A stretch of 54,010 nt of DNA from Candidatus Thermofontivivens primus (GCA_031458695.1 JAVKJW010000015.1:1-54010), one strand, 5' to 3'. Shown: positions 31,975-42,934, numbered from the stretch's first letter. A program made the numbers and translations. The notes: generated from the letters alone by a model not told the origin.

Positions 31975-33384
31975 ATGGTGGGAGTTTGGATGGGAATCAT
32001 CACTGGAATCCTCCTGATCGCGGGGATCATCACGTGGGCCGCGCGCTACACAAAGGTCGGACCCAACGAGGTCCTGATCATCTCCGGCCGCCGGAGGGTG
32101 GTGGTGGGACCGGATGGAAAAAGGCGCGTCGTAGGATACCGGCTGGTGCGCGGTGGAGGAACATTCGTCTGGCCCATCAAGGAGAAGGTCCAGCACATGT
32201 CCCTGGAGCTGATGACCCTCGAGGTGCGAACCCCTGAGGTCTACACGGTAAACGCCGTCCCCATCACCGTTGATGGCGTCGCCCAGGTGAAGGTCAAGGG
32301 AGATGAGGAGTCCATCACGGTCGCTGCGGAGCAGTTCCTTTCGCGGTCCCGCGAAGATGTCATGAAGACAGTCCTGCAGACGCTCGAGGGACACATGCGG
32401 GCCGTTCTGGGGACGATGACCGTGGAGGAGATCTACCGCGGTCGCCAGGAGCTGGCGCGGCGGGTACGCGAGGCTGCTTCTGAAGACCTGAACAAGATGG
32501 GGTTGGAGATCATCTCCCTGACCATCCGCAATGTCTTCGACAGTCAGGGGTACCTGGAGGCCCTTGCCCGCCCGCGCATCGCCCAGGTCAAGCGCGACGC
32601 CATTAAAGCCGAGGCCGAAGCGGAGAAGGAAGCCCAGCAGGCGCGGTTTGAGGCGGAGACAAAGATCGAGGAAGCCCGCAGGACGATGGAGGTCCACAAG
32701 GCAACGTACGAGGCGGAGATCAAGGCTAAGCGCGCAGAAGCGGACCTGGCCTACGAGCTCCACAGGTACCGCATCGGCCAACAGGTCAAAGCCGAAGAGA
32801 TCCAGGTCAGCATCGTGGAGAAGGAGAAGGCGATCGAACTGGAGGAGCGGGAGATCGCCCGCAAGGAAAAGGAGCTCATGGCCACGGTCCTCAAACCCGC
32901 CCAGGCAGAGCGCCAGCGCATCGAGGTCTTAGCCGAGGCAGAGCGCTACCGCCGCGAGGCCGAAGCGATTGGGAAAGCCGAGGAGATTAAGGCGACGGGG
33001 TTGGCGGAGGCCGAGATCATCAAGATGAAGGGAACGGCCGAAGCCGAGGCGATGCTGAAAAAGGCAGAATCCTGGACGCGGTACAACGAGGCGGCGATTA
33101 CCGAGCTCGTGATCAATATCCTCCCGCAGCTCGCCAGGGCTGTCTCCGAGCCTCTCTCCAAGACGGAAAAGATCGTTGTCGTAAACACCGACGGGGGCGG
33201 AACAGGCATTACGAAAATCACAGGGGACATCGCCCAGGTGGTGGCCCAGCTCCCTGTCCTCCTCGAGTCCCTCAGCGGGGTCAAGTTCGAAAAGCTTCTG
33301 GAACGCATTCCTCGCGTATCCGGGGAGAAAGGCCAACCCAGCGATGTCCCGCATACAGCGGCCGTCCCATCCACAAAGGAGTAA
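31975..33384 (+). CDS. flotillin/SPFH domain protein (FloT-like)
   Basis: N-terminal TM, PNEVLIISG, GGGTFVWP, AAEQFL, LEGHMRAVLG.MTVEE motifs and an AEA-rich coiled coil. Confidence 0.93.
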   Translation: MVGVWMGIITGILLIAGIITWAARYTKVGPNEVLIISGRRRVVVGPDGKRRVVGYRLVRGGGTFVWPIKEKVQHMSLELMTLEVRTPEVYTVNAVPITVDGVAQVKVKGDEESITVAAEQFLSRSREDVMKTVLQTLEGHMRAVLGTMTVEEIYRGRQELARRVREAASEDLNKMGLEIISLTIRNVFDSQGYLEALARPRIAQVKRDAIKAEAEAEKEAQQARFEAETKIEEARRTMEVHKATYEAEIKAKRAEADLAYELHRYRIGQQVKAEEIQVSIVEKEKAIELEEREIARKEKELMATVLKPAQAERQRIEVLAEAERYRREAEAIGKAEEIKATGLAEAEIIKMKGTAEAEAMLKKAESWTRYNEAAITELVINILPQLARAVSEPLSKTEKIVVVNTDGGGTGITKITGDIAQVVAQLPVLLESLSGVKFEKLLERIPRVSGEKGQPSDVPHTAAVPSTKE

Positions 33385-33396
33385 GGAGGAAAGACC

Positions 33397-34851
33397 ATGG
33401 CAGTGACCAGAGACCGCATTCGTGAACGCCAGGCGGCAACGCCCGAGGCGGTCATCGAGCTTTGCGAGGAGCGGGGAATCGAAATCGTGGATCTCCGGTT
33501 CACCGATCTCTTGGGTGGCTGGCAGCACTTCTCCATCCCTGTGGAGGAGCTCTCGAAGGACCTCTTCCGCGAGGGCATCGGCTTCGATGGAAGCAGTATC
33601 CGAGGGTTCCAGGAGATCCACGAGAGCGACATGGTCCTGATCCCTGACCCCCGCACCGCGAGAGTAGACCCCATGTGCAAGACCCCCACGTTGGTCCTGA
33701 TCTGTGACGTTTATGACCCGGTCACCCGTGAGCGCTACTCCCGGGACCCGCGGGCGGTCGCCCAGAAGGCTGAGGGGTTCCTCCTCTCCACGGGGATCGC
33801 CACCACGAGCTACTGGGGACCTGAGGCGGAGTTCTTCGTCTTCGACGACGTGCGGTTCGACCAAAATGTCCATTCGGGCTACTACTTCGTGGACTCCGCA
33901 GAGGGTGCTTGGAACACCGGCCGGGAAGAACGGCCAAACCTTGGGTACAAGCCACGGTACAAGGAGGGATACTTCCCCGTCCCCCCTACGGACAGCCTCC
34001 AAGAGTTCCGCTCCCAGCTCATCCGGAAGATGCGCCAGGCAGGGCTTGAGGTAGAGGTCCACCACCACGAGGTGGCCACGGCGGGCCAGTGCGAGATCGA
34101 CCTGCGCTTCAACACCCTCACAGAGATGGGAGATCGCCTCCAGTTCTACAAATACCTGGTGAGGACCTTTGCCCGCGAGCACCTGAAGACGGCAACCTTC
34201 ATGCCCAAGCCTCTGTTCGGGGACAATGGTTCAGGGATGCACACCCACCAAAGCCTGTGGAAGGAGGACGTGAACCTTTTCTTTGACCCGAAGGGATACG
34301 CGCAACTGAGTGAGATTGCCATGTACTATATTGGAGGTCTCCTTGCCCACTCACCGGCATTGCTGGCCTTCTGCGCTCCAACCACCAACTCCTATCGGCG
34401 TCTCGTACCTGGCTACGAGGCTCCGGTAAACCTCGTCTACTCCCAGCGCAACCGCAGCGCAGCCATCCGCATCCCCGTCTACTCCACCAACCCCAAAGCG
34501 AAGCGGATTGAGTACCGGCCACCAGACCCAAGCGCCAACCCCTACCTTGCCTTTGCAGCCATGCTCATGGCGGGGATCGACGGGATCCTCCGCAAGATCG
34601 ACCCTGGTCCGCCCATGGACGTGGATCTCTACGAACTACCTCCCCAGGAAGCAAAGAAGATCAGGCAGGTCCCCGGCTCCCTTGAGGAGTCGTTGCGCGC
34701 CCTGGAGGAGGACCACGCGTTCCTCCTCCGTGGAGGGGTGTTCACGGAGGACCTGATCGAGACGTGGATCGCTTACAAACGCCGCAAGGAGATCGATTAT
34801 ATCCGTCTCCGGCCCCACCCTTCGGAGTTCTATTTGTATTACGATGCCTAG
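33397..34851 (+). CDS. glnA: glutamine synthetase type I (beta-like)
   Basis: FDGSSI, HHEVA..GQCE, TFMPKP..GDNGSGMH, RLVPGYEAP and NRSA motifs. DLYEL adenylylation-site-like motif. Confidence 0.97.
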   Translation: MAVTRDRIRERQAATPEAVIELCEERGIEIVDLRFTDLLGGWQHFSIPVEELSKDLFREGIGFDGSSIRGFQEIHESDMVLIPDPRTARVDPMCKTPTLVLICDVYDPVTRERYSRDPRAVAQKAEGFLLSTGIATTSYWGPEAEFFVFDDVRFDQNVHSGYYFVDSAEGAWNTGREERPNLGYKPRYKEGYFPVPPTDSLQEFRSQLIRKMRQAGLEVEVHHHEVATAGQCEIDLRFNTLTEMGDRLQFYKYLVRTFAREHLKTATFMPKPLFGDNGSGMHTHQSLWKEDVNLFFDPKGYAQLSEIAMYYIGGLLAHSPALLAFCAPTTNSYRRLVPGYEAPVNLVYSQRNRSAAIRIPVYSTNPKAKRIEYRPPDPSANPYLAFAAMLMAGIDGILRKIDPGPPMDVDLYELPPQEAKKIRQVPGSLEESLRALEEDHAFLLRGGVFTEDLIETWIAYKRRKEIDYIRLRPHPSEFYLYYDA

Positions 34852-34896
34852 AAGGGGCAATGCCTCCCTGGAATAGAAGGGCGCGGCGGCGTGTCC

Positions 34897-35868
34897 TTAA
34901 CCGCAGAGGTCTACCACAGCGAGCTCCAAGGCGAGGTCCGGAGGCTGGGTCCCGGACTTGATGGCCACATCCGCCTGCAGCAGCCGGGAGAGGGCACCCT
35001 GCACCTCCCGAAGGGAAAACTTGCGGGATTGTTCGGCGAGGCGCTGGGCTAGGAAGGGGGGGACGCCCAACTCGGCGTGAAGACGCGAGCTAGGAAGGCC
35101 GCGCTCAAGGAGGGCCTTTGCCTGGAGGATGAGCCGGAACTGCCGGGCGATCATGAACAGGATCAGGAGGGGCGGCTCCCCACCCTGGAGCACTTCCCGG
35201 AGCAGGCCTAGGGCCGGGCCGAGCTGTCGGTCGCCAATAGCGTCGACGAGCTGGAAGATCGTTACCTCATGTCCCCGGGTGCAGACTTCCTGGATGTCCT
35301 GTACAGTGATCACCTTGCGATCCCCGACGTAGGCCACGAGCTTCGCAACCTCCGAGACCAGGTCCCGGAGGCTGTTGCCTACAAGAGCGATGAGGGTCAT
35401 GGCAACCGCATCCGAGATGCGCTTCCCTTCTCTTTCCACCCGCTTCTTGACATGGGAAAGGAGCGCCCGCGCCGGCAGGCGAGGGAACTCCATCACCTCC
35501 CCCGCGCGTTTGGCGACCTGGTACAGGCGCCGACGCTTATCCAGCGTACTCGCAACCATGACGAGGGCGGAGGGAGGCTCCCTTTCTTCCAGATAGCTGG
35601 CCAGGCGCTCTTGCTCCCGGGCGCTGAGAGCTTCCAAGCGCTTCACAACAACCACCCGCTCTCCCCCCAAGAATGGGAGCGTGTCCATCCGGTTGATGAT
35701 CTCCTCCACAGGGGTCTCGTCTGCATAGAGGACATCCAGGTTCCACGACCTTTCCCCAGGAGGGACAAGGCGTTGGAGGATCTCCACAAGTTTTTCCTCT
35801 AGCAGGAGATCCTCTTCCCCCAGGAGGAGGTAGATGGTACGTCCTTGCGTTCCTTCTTTTTTCGTCAT
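34897..35868 (-). CDS. holA: DNA polymerase III delta subunit
   Basis: YLLLGEE, LPFLG..RVVVV, E..KL..Y, IFQLVDAI and D..IKSG motifs. Follows comEC. Confidence 0.93.
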   Translation of the reverse strand: MTKKEGTQGRTIYLLLGEEDLLLEEKLVEILQRLVPPGERSWNLDVLYADETPVEEIINRMDTLPFLGGERVVVVKRLEALSAREQERLASYLEEREPPSALVMVASTLDKRRRLYQVAKRAGEVMEFPRLPARALLSHVKKRVEREGKRISDAVAMTLIALVGNSLRDLVSEVAKLVAYVGDRKVITVQDIQEVCTRGHEVTIFQLVDAIGDRQLGPALGLLREVLQGGEPPLLILFMIARQFRLILQAKALLERGLPSSRLHAELGVPPFLAQRLAEQSRKFSLREVQGALSRLLQADVAIKSGTQPPDLALELAVVDLCG

Positions 35869-35941
35869 AGGGATTCTCCGGCGCTCAGCACGCCCGATGA
35901 GGGAGATTTCCTGCGCTCCCTTTGTTTTCCTCTTTCCGTGT

Positions 35942-38344
35942 TTATGGTCTCGGAGGGCGGAAGGTATTGACCCACAGCTTCCTCCCATCGGAGATCAAGG
36001 TGACAGCCCCGTGGAGATCGGTGCGGTAGATCCTCGCGCCTATCCCTGCAAGCGCCTTCAGGGTTCTCGCATCAGGGTGACCAAAGGGGTTCCCCTCCCC
36101 CACAGAGATCACGGCCACCTCAGGACGCACCGCCCTGAGGAAGGTCCAGGTGGAAGAGGTCTCGCTCCCGTGATGGGCGACTTTGAGAGCCGTGCTCCGC
36201 AGACCTTCGCCCAGCCCGAGGAGTAGGTCTTCTGCTGAGGATTCGATGTCTCCTGGGAGAAGAACGCTCACCCGGCCATAGACGAGCTTCAGGACGAGGG
36301 AGTTGTTGTTGATATCCGAGCCTGTACCCACGTCCAGCCGCGTAGGGGAGAGAACGATGACCCTCACGCCCGCCCCAAGATCAAAGGCGTCCCCTCGCCG
36401 CGCCAAGTAGTAGGGAATATGACTAGCGCGGATCATGCGCAGCACAATGGGGTAAGAAGGGTTCTGGTGTTCGAACCCACTATCCCAGACGACGCCCACG
36501 GGGAAGGAGCGCAGCACTGCAGGAACACCTCCCACATGGTCCTCGTGGGGATGGCTCAGGACAAGGAGATCGATGCGCCGGACGCGCAGGCGGCGGAGAA
36601 AGGGGACAACCCGCTCCTCCCCCACGTCAATTTCTTGTGCATATCCCTCTACCGCCCCTCCCGCGTCGATGAGAGCAACCTTCCCTGAAGGGGAACGGAT
36701 CACAATGGCGTCTCCCTGCCCTACGTCCATGACGATGATGGTGAGACGTCTTGAGGCGATCTCGCCTGCAACCTGGACCCAGATCACCACGGCACTGAGG
36801 GTAATGCAGGCCATGGCAACCTGGCGTGTTGTGGGTCGCACACGCCGCCTAGCCATCTCCACGACCAAGCAACCCGCAGCGTACATCCCTCCGGTGATCC
36901 ACGCACCTGGGGGAGGAACCTCCACGCTCGCGGAGGGAAGGGAAGCGAACCACCCGACAGCGCCCAGGAGGAGTTGGACCAAGGGACGGAGGAAGCCTAG
37001 GAGCGCTGCGGCCACTGGATCTGCGAATAAGCCAACCACGGCCGCTAGGAGGCCCAGGGGCACGATGAGCACAGAGAGAGGCACTGCCACCAGGTTGGCC
37101 AGGGGGGCGACGAGGGAGATGCGACCGAAGGTCGTTGCCACAAGGGGAGCCGTGGCCAGCTGGGCCGCTAGGCTCACCCCGATCAAGGTTCCCACCAGCC
37201 TGGGGAGTGGAAGGTGCCTCACCAGATCCCTTGCAATGTAGAGGATCCCCGCGGTCGCGGCGAAGGAGAGCTGCAGGCTGGAGGTAAACAAGGCAAGCGG
37301 ATGAACCAGGAGGATCACGAGCCCGGAGAAGGCAAGGGCCGTCCACACATCCTTCTCCCTTTCCAGCAACAATCCAGCGAGCGCCAAGAGGACCATGACT
37401 GTCGCCCGCACAACCGACGGGTGGGGACCAACCACGAACGCGAATGCGCTCACCACTGCTGCCGCCGCCGGAACCCCTACCCACTGGGGGAGGCGCACCA
37501 GGCGGAGGAGGGTCAGAACCGTTCCTGCTACGAGGCCTACATGGAAGCCCGAGACCACGAGAAGGTGGACGACGCCTGCCCTGGCAAACATCTCCGCAAC
37601 CTGCTTTGGAGGAGTTGTGCCAAAGGTCAGAGCGGAGAGGACCTCTCCGTAGGGAGGAGGCATCCCCTTCGCCAGTCCCCTGGAGAACTTCTCTCGGATT
37701 CCAGCCCGGACAGCTCCTAGAAGTTTGCCGTGTCCGTGACGGAGAACCCGGACTTCCTCCCCCCTGCGTACAGAAAGAATGGCGAGGATGCCCCTGCGGG
37801 CTAGGTACTTCCGATAGGAGAACTCTCCTGGGTTCCCGGCATCGGGAGGCCTGCGGATCCTCCCCCTCACTTCTACCAGGTCCCCATAGGAGAGAGCTGG
37901 CGCACCATGGAGGGAGACGAGAATCCGGCCGTGCACGGGACGGGCGGCCATCCCTGAGACGAGACTGCGGGCTTCCAGGACTAAGCGGACCCGCCCTTCC
38001 CTGGCATCGACCTCGTCAATGATCCCCCGAAGGAGGACACGCTGGGAGGCGAACGAGGCGATGTGGTCAGGCCCGGGAGGAAAGGTAGCCAAGCGGTAGA
38101 GGAGAATGCCGGCACTGCATGCGGCAAGCGCCAGAAAGACCACTGCAGCGAGGGAATGATCCTCGTGCAAAAGGACTGCCACAAGGAGGGAGGTGCACCC
38201 GGCTACCACAACAAAGGGGAGCGGGCCGACCCGCTCCCCCAGCGCAATCCCAACCGCTACGCCGATCGTCACCACCACCAGCGGCCGGTTCAACAGGCTC
38301 TCGAGCAAGCTAAGAAAAATCGAAGAGTTACGTGATCTTTGCAC
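35942..38344 (-). CDS. comEC: DNA uptake channel ComEC/Rec2
   Basis: NPGEF, HLLVVSGFHV, QLSF, DVGQGD, SHPHEDHVGG and HHGS (MBL domain) motifs. Confidence 0.95.
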   Translation of the reverse strand: MQRSRNSSIFLSLLESLLNRPLVVVTIGVAVGIALGERVGPLPFVVVAGCTSLLVAVLLHEDHSLAAVVFLALAACSAGILLYRLATFPPGPDHIASFASQRVLLRGIIDEVDAREGRVRLVLEARSLVSGMAARPVHGRILVSLHGAPALSYGDLVEVRGRIRRPPDAGNPGEFSYRKYLARRGILAILSVRRGEEVRVLRHGHGKLLGAVRAGIREKFSRGLAKGMPPPYGEVLSALTFGTTPPKQVAEMFARAGVVHLLVVSGFHVGLVAGTVLTLLRLVRLPQWVGVPAAAAVVSAFAFVVGPHPSVVRATVMVLLALAGLLLEREKDVWTALAFSGLVILLVHPLALFTSSLQLSFAATAGILYIARDLVRHLPLPRLVGTLIGVSLAAQLATAPLVATTFGRISLVAPLANLVAVPLSVLIVPLGLLAAVVGLFADPVAAALLGFLRPLVQLLLGAVGWFASLPSASVEVPPPGAWITGGMYAAGCLVVEMARRRVRPTTRQVAMACITLSAVVIWVQVAGEIASRRLTIIVMDVGQGDAIVIRSPSGKVALIDAGGAVEGYAQEIDVGEERVVPFLRRLRVRRIDLLVLSHPHEDHVGGVPAVLRSFPVGVVWDSGFEHQNPSYPIVLRMIRASHIPYYLARRGDAFDLGAGVRVIVLSPTRLDVGTGSDINNNSLVLKLVYGRVSVLLPGDIESSAEDLLLGLGEGLRSTALKVAHHGSETSSTWTFLRAVRPEVAVISVGEGNPFGHPDARTLKALAGIGARIYRTDLHGAVTLISDGRKLWVNTFRPPRP

Positions 38345-38404
38345 ACCTCCTACTTTACTGCTTTCGCTGGCTCTTGTCCAGCATAGTGGCGGTGCTGCTT
38401 TGCC

Positions 38405-40321
38405 CTACACTCTCTTCTCGATCTCCTCCTTGATCCGGGCAAGGAATACCCCAAGGTCCATTGGGCCGAGGTCCCCTTCGCTCCTGCTTCGCACGGCGAC
38501 CTGCCCCTGCTGTTGCTCCCGGTCCCCGACCACGAGCATGTAAGGGATTCGTTCGATCTGGGCTTGGCGCACCTTATAGCTGATTCGTTCGCTTGTCTCG
38601 TCCACCGTGGCCCGCAGCCCCTCCCGCTGCAGCCGGGAGAGCACCTGGCGGGCGTAGTCCAGGTGACGGTCTGTAATGGGGAGGACGCGGACCTGCTCAG
38701 GCGCGAGCCAAGTTGGGAAAGCACCGGCGTAATGCTCAATGAGGATCCCTAGGAACCGCTCCAGCGACCCTACAATAGCCCGGTGGATCATCACCGGCCG
38801 GTGCTCCCGTCCGTCAGCGCCCATGTAGGTTAAGTCGAACCGCTCGGGCAGGTTGAAGTCCAGTTGGATGGTGGTCATCTGCCACATCCTGCCAATGGCA
38901 TCGCGGAGGTGGATGTCGATCTTGGGACCGTAGAAGTTCGCCTCTCCTACCGCCCGCTGATAGGCGAGGCCACGGGCCCTGAGCACCTCCTCCAGCGCGC
39001 GCTCCGCCATATCCCAGATCTGAGGACTCCCGGCGAATCTCTCCATCTCCTCGGGATCTCGGACCGAGAGGTCGATGTGGTAGTCCCGGAACCCAAACGC
39101 CCCCAGGATGAAGAACGCCAAGTCGATGAGGGAGGAAACCTCCTCCTCGATCTGGTCAGGGCGGCAGAAGATGTGGGCGTCATCCTGCGTGAGGCCGCGG
39201 ACACGGAGCAGGCCGTGGAGCACGCCTGGGCGCTCGTACCTGTAGACCGTGCCGAACTCGGCCAGGCGCATGGGGAGGTCCCGGTAGCTGCGCGTCTGGG
39301 AACGATAGATCATGATGTGGAAGGGACAGTTCATGGGCTTGACCAGGTACTCCTGCTCATCTACCTCCATGCCGCTGTACATATTCTCCCGGTACCAGCT
39401 CATGTGCCCACTGATCTCCCACAGACGTACCCTGGCCACGTGCGGGGTGTACACGAACTGGTAGCCACGGCGCTCTAGCTCTTCGGAGATGAACGCTTCG
39501 ATGATCCGCCGCACGAGCGCGCCTTTCGGATGCCACAGGACCAGGCCCGGGCCGACCTCCTCATGGATGCTGAAAAGATCGAGCTCCCTCCCCAACCGGC
39601 GGTGATCCCGCTTCTTGGCCTCCTCCAGCCGCTGGAGGAAGAGGTCGAGCTCCTCCTGGGTTGGGAAGGTGATCCCGTAGATGCGTTGGAGCATCTCTCG
39701 CCGCTCGTCCCCACGCCAGTAGGCCCCGGAGGTGGAGAGGAGCTTGATGGCTTTGATCAGACCCGTCCGGGGGATATGCGGGCCCCGGCACATATCGATG
39801 AACCCGTCCTGGCGGTAGAAGCTCACTTTCTCATCGGGGATCTCCGCCAGGAGCTCCAGCTTGTACTTCTCCCCCTGGCTGGCGAGGAGCTGGTAGGCCT
39901 CCTCCCGCGGGATCTCCACCCGCTCGATAACCTGGTCCTTCTGTGCCAGTTCGCGCATGCGCGCTTCAATGCGTTCCAGATCTTGCGGCTCAAACGGACG
40001 CCCAATGTCGAAGTCGTAGTAGAAGCCATCCTCGATGGGCGGACCAATAGCCAGCTTTGCCTCCGGGAAGAGCTCTTTCACCGCCTGGGCCATCAGGTGC
40101 GTCGAGCTGTGCCAGTAGATCGAACGGCCTTCGGGGTGGCTGAAATCCAGAAACTCTACCTGGCAGTCCCTTTCCACCCGGGTGCTCAGGTCCACCTGCT
40201 TGCCGTCCATCTTGGCGGCGAGGGCATCCAAACCGAGATCGGCAGCGACCTCGGCGAGGGAGATGCCTGCCGGGTACTCAACGATTCGGCCATCAGGGAG
40301 GTGAATCCGTATCCGGCTCAT
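38405..40321 (-). CDS. thrS: threonyl-tRNA synthetase
   Basis: HSSTH, DMCRGPH, RDHR.LG, KPMNCP, FYGPKID and GSLERF motifs. The extra N-terminal ORF sequence is T-box leader. Confidence 0.97.
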   Translation of the reverse strand: MSRIRIHLPDGRIVEYPAGISLAEVAADLGLDALAAKMDGKQVDLSTRVERDCQVEFLDFSHPEGRSIYWHSSTHLMAQAVKELFPEAKLAIGPPIEDGFYYDFDIGRPFEPQDLERIEARMRELAQKDQVIERVEIPREEAYQLLASQGEKYKLELLAEIPDEKVSFYRQDGFIDMCRGPHIPRTGLIKAIKLLSTSGAYWRGDERREMLQRIYGITFPTQEELDLFLQRLEEAKKRDHRRLGRELDLFSIHEEVGPGLVLWHPKGALVRRIIEAFISEELERRGYQFVYTPHVARVRLWEISGHMSWYRENMYSGMEVDEQEYLVKPMNCPFHIMIYRSQTRSYRDLPMRLAEFGTVYRYERPGVLHGLLRVRGLTQDDAHIFCRPDQIEEEVSSLIDLAFFILGAFGFRDYHIDLSVRDPEEMERFAGSPQIWDMAERALEEVLRARGLAYQRAVGEANFYGPKIDIHLRDAIGRMWQMTTIQLDFNLPERFDLTYMGADGREHRPVMIHRAIVGSLERFLGILIEHYAGAFPTWLAPEQVRVLPITDRHLDYARQVLSRLQREGLRATVDETSERISYKVRQAQIERIPYMLVVGDREQQQGQVAVRSRSEGDLGPMDLGVFLARIKEEIEKRV

Positions 40322-40465
40322 GCGCTTCACCTCTCTCCTTTCCGATGATCCTTGGTCTTGAAGCCTCAACCAGCAACTGAGCCCACCTGCCATCTCGTGA
40401 CGAGAGCGCTCCACAGAACCTCGGAGAAAGCCAAAAGACTTTTGCCGGGCGCTTAAGGCCGCTTC

Positions 40466-40725
40466 AACAGAATGGCTCCCCGCCCAAAGGGACGGGGAGC
40501 CCGCGGTTCCACCCTTCTTCCAGGGACCATCTCTCGCTTCGCAAAGGAGAGGCCCTGGCACTCTTTCGCGCTAACGGGCTTACCCGAAAGGCCCTACACA
40601 GGCAATCGCCCTTCGAGCCTTGGCTCCGAGGGGGTTTTCGGCCCGCCCGACACAGGAGCACTTCCAGCTTCCGTGCTCCCTCTCTGGGAGCGGGGGAAGA
40701 GCCTACTCGTCCTCATCATCGCCTC
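40466..40725 (-). ncRNA. T-box riboswitch (Thr)
   Basis: Stem I with AGTA, AGAGA and GCTG boxes; specifier ACC at 40635-40633; T-box GGGTGGAACCGCGG at 40514-40501; terminator-like hairpin 40501-40474 with a weak U tail. Confidence 0.92.
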
Positions 40726-40734
40726 TTGTGGTAG

Positions 40735-40763
40735 ATTGTAAGACCTTCTCTTAGCCCTGTCAA
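40735..40763 (-). promoter_or_regulatory. sigma70 promoter of thrS
   Basis: TTGACA-17-TACAAT. Confidence 0.85.
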
Positions 40764-40771
40764 ATTTCCCT

Positions 40772-41005
40772 TCACTCGACAGAGATACATGTCAGGGTAT
40801 CCTTCACGCCCGAGGTTGCCTGGATCTTGGAAAGAACAAGGTCTCCCAACGACTTCACATCTGCCGCCTCCACGAGGGCAATCACGTCATACGGTCCGGT
40901 CACAGCATAGGCCTCCTTCACCCCAGCGATCCCTCTCACGGCGGAAGTGACCTCTCTTGCCTTCCCAAGGTCGGCCTTGATGAGGACGCACGCGGTGACA
41001 GCCAT
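40772..41005 (-). CDS. stand-alone Lrp/AsnC ligand-binding (RAM) domain protein
   Basis: 77 aa, VTGPYDVIA..E motif, no HTH. GGAGG RBS. Confidence 0.88.
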   Translation of the reverse strand: MAVTACVLIKADLGKAREVTSAVRGIAGVKEAYAVTGPYDVIALVEAADVKSLGDLVLSKIQATSGVKDTLTCISVE

Positions 41006-41247
41006 CTCCTCCACCTCCTTCGCGCGTGCTTGATCCCAGAGGCAACAGTCTTGCTTGTTTCCACCGTACCATGCTCCTCGTGTCCTGTCGAGCCTGAACT
41101 TGTGTTTGAAGAAAGGAGATTCCCCTTGCAGAGACGTATTCAATACCCCAGCAAACTTCCCAAAGATTGCACGAAGGCACCCTTCCAGGATGACCACTGC
41201 GGGGCAAGCACCGTGGAAACCTGCCTGTTGATGAAGGAGGTGGAATT

Positions 41248-42234
41248 GTGAGCAAACCAAAAGTCTATGTGACGCGCCGGCTCCCCGGGGAAGCGATGGA
41301 TCTCTTGTACCAACGCACCCAGGTCACAGTGTGGGGGGAAGATGCAGTCCCTCCTCCCAAGGAAGTCATCAAGCGAGAGGTCGCCGATGCAGAGGGACTC
41401 ATCTCCCTGGTCACAGATCCCATCGATGCCGAGGTCATGGACGCGGCCCCGAAGCTCCGTGTCATCAGCAATTACGCCGTCGGGTATGACAACATCGACA
41501 TCCCCGCAGCCACCGCCAGGGGGATCGTGGTGACCCACACCCCTGGCGTCCTCACAGAAACTGTGGCCGACTTTACCTTCGCCCTCATCCTTGCCGCAGC
41601 CAGACGGGTCGTGGAGGCAGATCGGTTCACCCGCGAGGGAAAGTGGAAGAGCTGGGAGCCGATGCTGTTCCTTGGGCAGGACGTATATGGGGCAACGCTC
41701 GGTCTTGTCGGTCTAGGACGGATTGGAAGCGCCGTGGCCCGCCGGGCAAAAGGATTCAATATGCGGGTGCTCTACTACGACGTGGTCCGCAGGGAGGACC
41801 TGGAAAGAGAGCTTGGCCTGGAGTTCACCGACCTTCCCACGCTTCTCCGAGAATCGGACTTTGTCAGCATCCACACACCCCTGACCCCGGAGACCCGCCA
41901 CCTCATCGGCGCGAAGGAGCTCAATCTCATGAAACCAACGGCCATCCTCATCAACACGGCCAGGGGCCCAATTGTCGATACCATCGCCCTCGCCCATGCC
42001 CTGCGCGAGCGGCGGATCTGGGCGGCAGGTATCGATGTGTTCGAGACCGAGCCGGTCCCTCCCGATCACCCCCTCCTGCAGCTCGATAACGTGGTCGTGG
42101 CACCGCATATTGCAAGCGCCAGCATTGCAACCCGGACGAAGATGGCCCTCCTAGCAGTAGAGAATCTCCTGAGCGTCCTGGAGGGAAGGGTACCTCCCCA
42201 CCCTGTGAATCCTGAGGCGATGGGGAAGAGGTAA
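41248..42234 (+). CDS. gyaR: glyoxylate reductase / D-glycerate dehydrogenase
   Basis: [39 protein letters not shown] and PHIASAS motifs. Confidence 0.9.
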   Translation: MSKPKVYVTRRLPGEAMDLLYQRTQVTVWGEDAVPPPKEVIKREVADAEGLISLVTDPIDAEVMDAAPKLRVISNYAVGYDNIDIPAATARGIVVTHTPGVLTETVADFTFALILAAARRVVEADRFTREGKWKSWEPMLFLGQDVYGATLGLVGLGRIGSAVARRAKGFNMRVLYYDVVRREDLERELGLEFTDLPTLLRESDFVSIHTPLTPETRHLIGAKELNLMKPTAILINTARGPIVDTIALAHALRERRIWAAGIDVFETEPVPPDHPLLQLDNVVVAPHIASASIATRTKMALLAVENLLSVLEGRVPPHPVNPEAMGKR

Positions 42235-42247
42235 CTCGCGAAGGGCA

Positions 42248-42934
42248 ATGGAGCTCCTCGGAATGGTCCTCCGCGCATCTACCAGGGAGATCCTTTCTCA
42301 CCCCCGTGAGGTTGTGCTGATCAGCCTCTTTACCTCCGCGCCGTTCCTCTCGATCGCGGCGGGCCCGTTCCTCCCGCGTCCCCTTGGACCTCTTTTCTTT
42401 CTTGCAGGATGGCTCCTCCTCGGTCCGGTCCTGATGGCCGCCTGGGAATCCTCGCTGGACGTGCTGGAAGGACGGCAGGCTAGGCTGTGGAGGGGGCTTC
42501 GGCAACATCTGATCCAAGGCCTGCTTTTCTTTCTCCTGAACGCGCTCGCAATTCTCCTGACGATGGCCAACTTCCGCTTCTACGTGACCTCCCCTGCAGG
42601 GGTCCTCACATCCCCTCTCCTCCCGTTCATCCCAGGGCTGACGCTGGGAGTCGTCTTTGGCCTCCTCTGGCTCTATGTCCTGGTCCTGTGGGGGTTGATC
42701 CAGCTCTATGCGATGCCCCTCGTCCTCATCCGACGCGTGGGGGTCATGGAGGGATTCCGCACTGCGGCAGTCCTTGTGATCAAGAATGCGGGCTTCTCCG
42801 CTGGGTTGATGGTGGTCGCCTCCCTTCTCCTAGGGGTGCTCCTCCTTACCGGCCTGGGCGTCATCCTCCTGGCGGGAGGAACTCTCAGCATCCTCACGCT
42901 CAACGCCACAAAGGCCCTGCTGGAGAACACATAG
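42248..42934 (+). CDS. hypothetical integral membrane protein (YesL/DUF624-like)
   Basis: Five to six hydrophobic segments. Family assignment is tentative. Confidence 0.7.
   Translation: MELLGMVLRASTREILSHPREVVLISLFTSAPFLSIAAGPFLPRPLGPLFFLAGWLLLGPVLMAAWESSLDVLEGRQARLWRGLRQHLIQGLLFFLLNALAILLTMANFRFYVTSPAGVLTSPLLPFIPGLTLGVVFGLLWLYVLVLWGLIQLYAMPLVLIRRVGVMEGFRTAAVLVIKNAGFSAGLMVVASLLLGVLLLTGLGVILLAGGTLSILTLNATKALLENT

Noticed and set aside
40322..40561. 80-aa N-terminal extension of ThrS
   Set aside because: It overlaps the T-box antiterminator and terminator. The RBS and TGS-like domain start at 40321.
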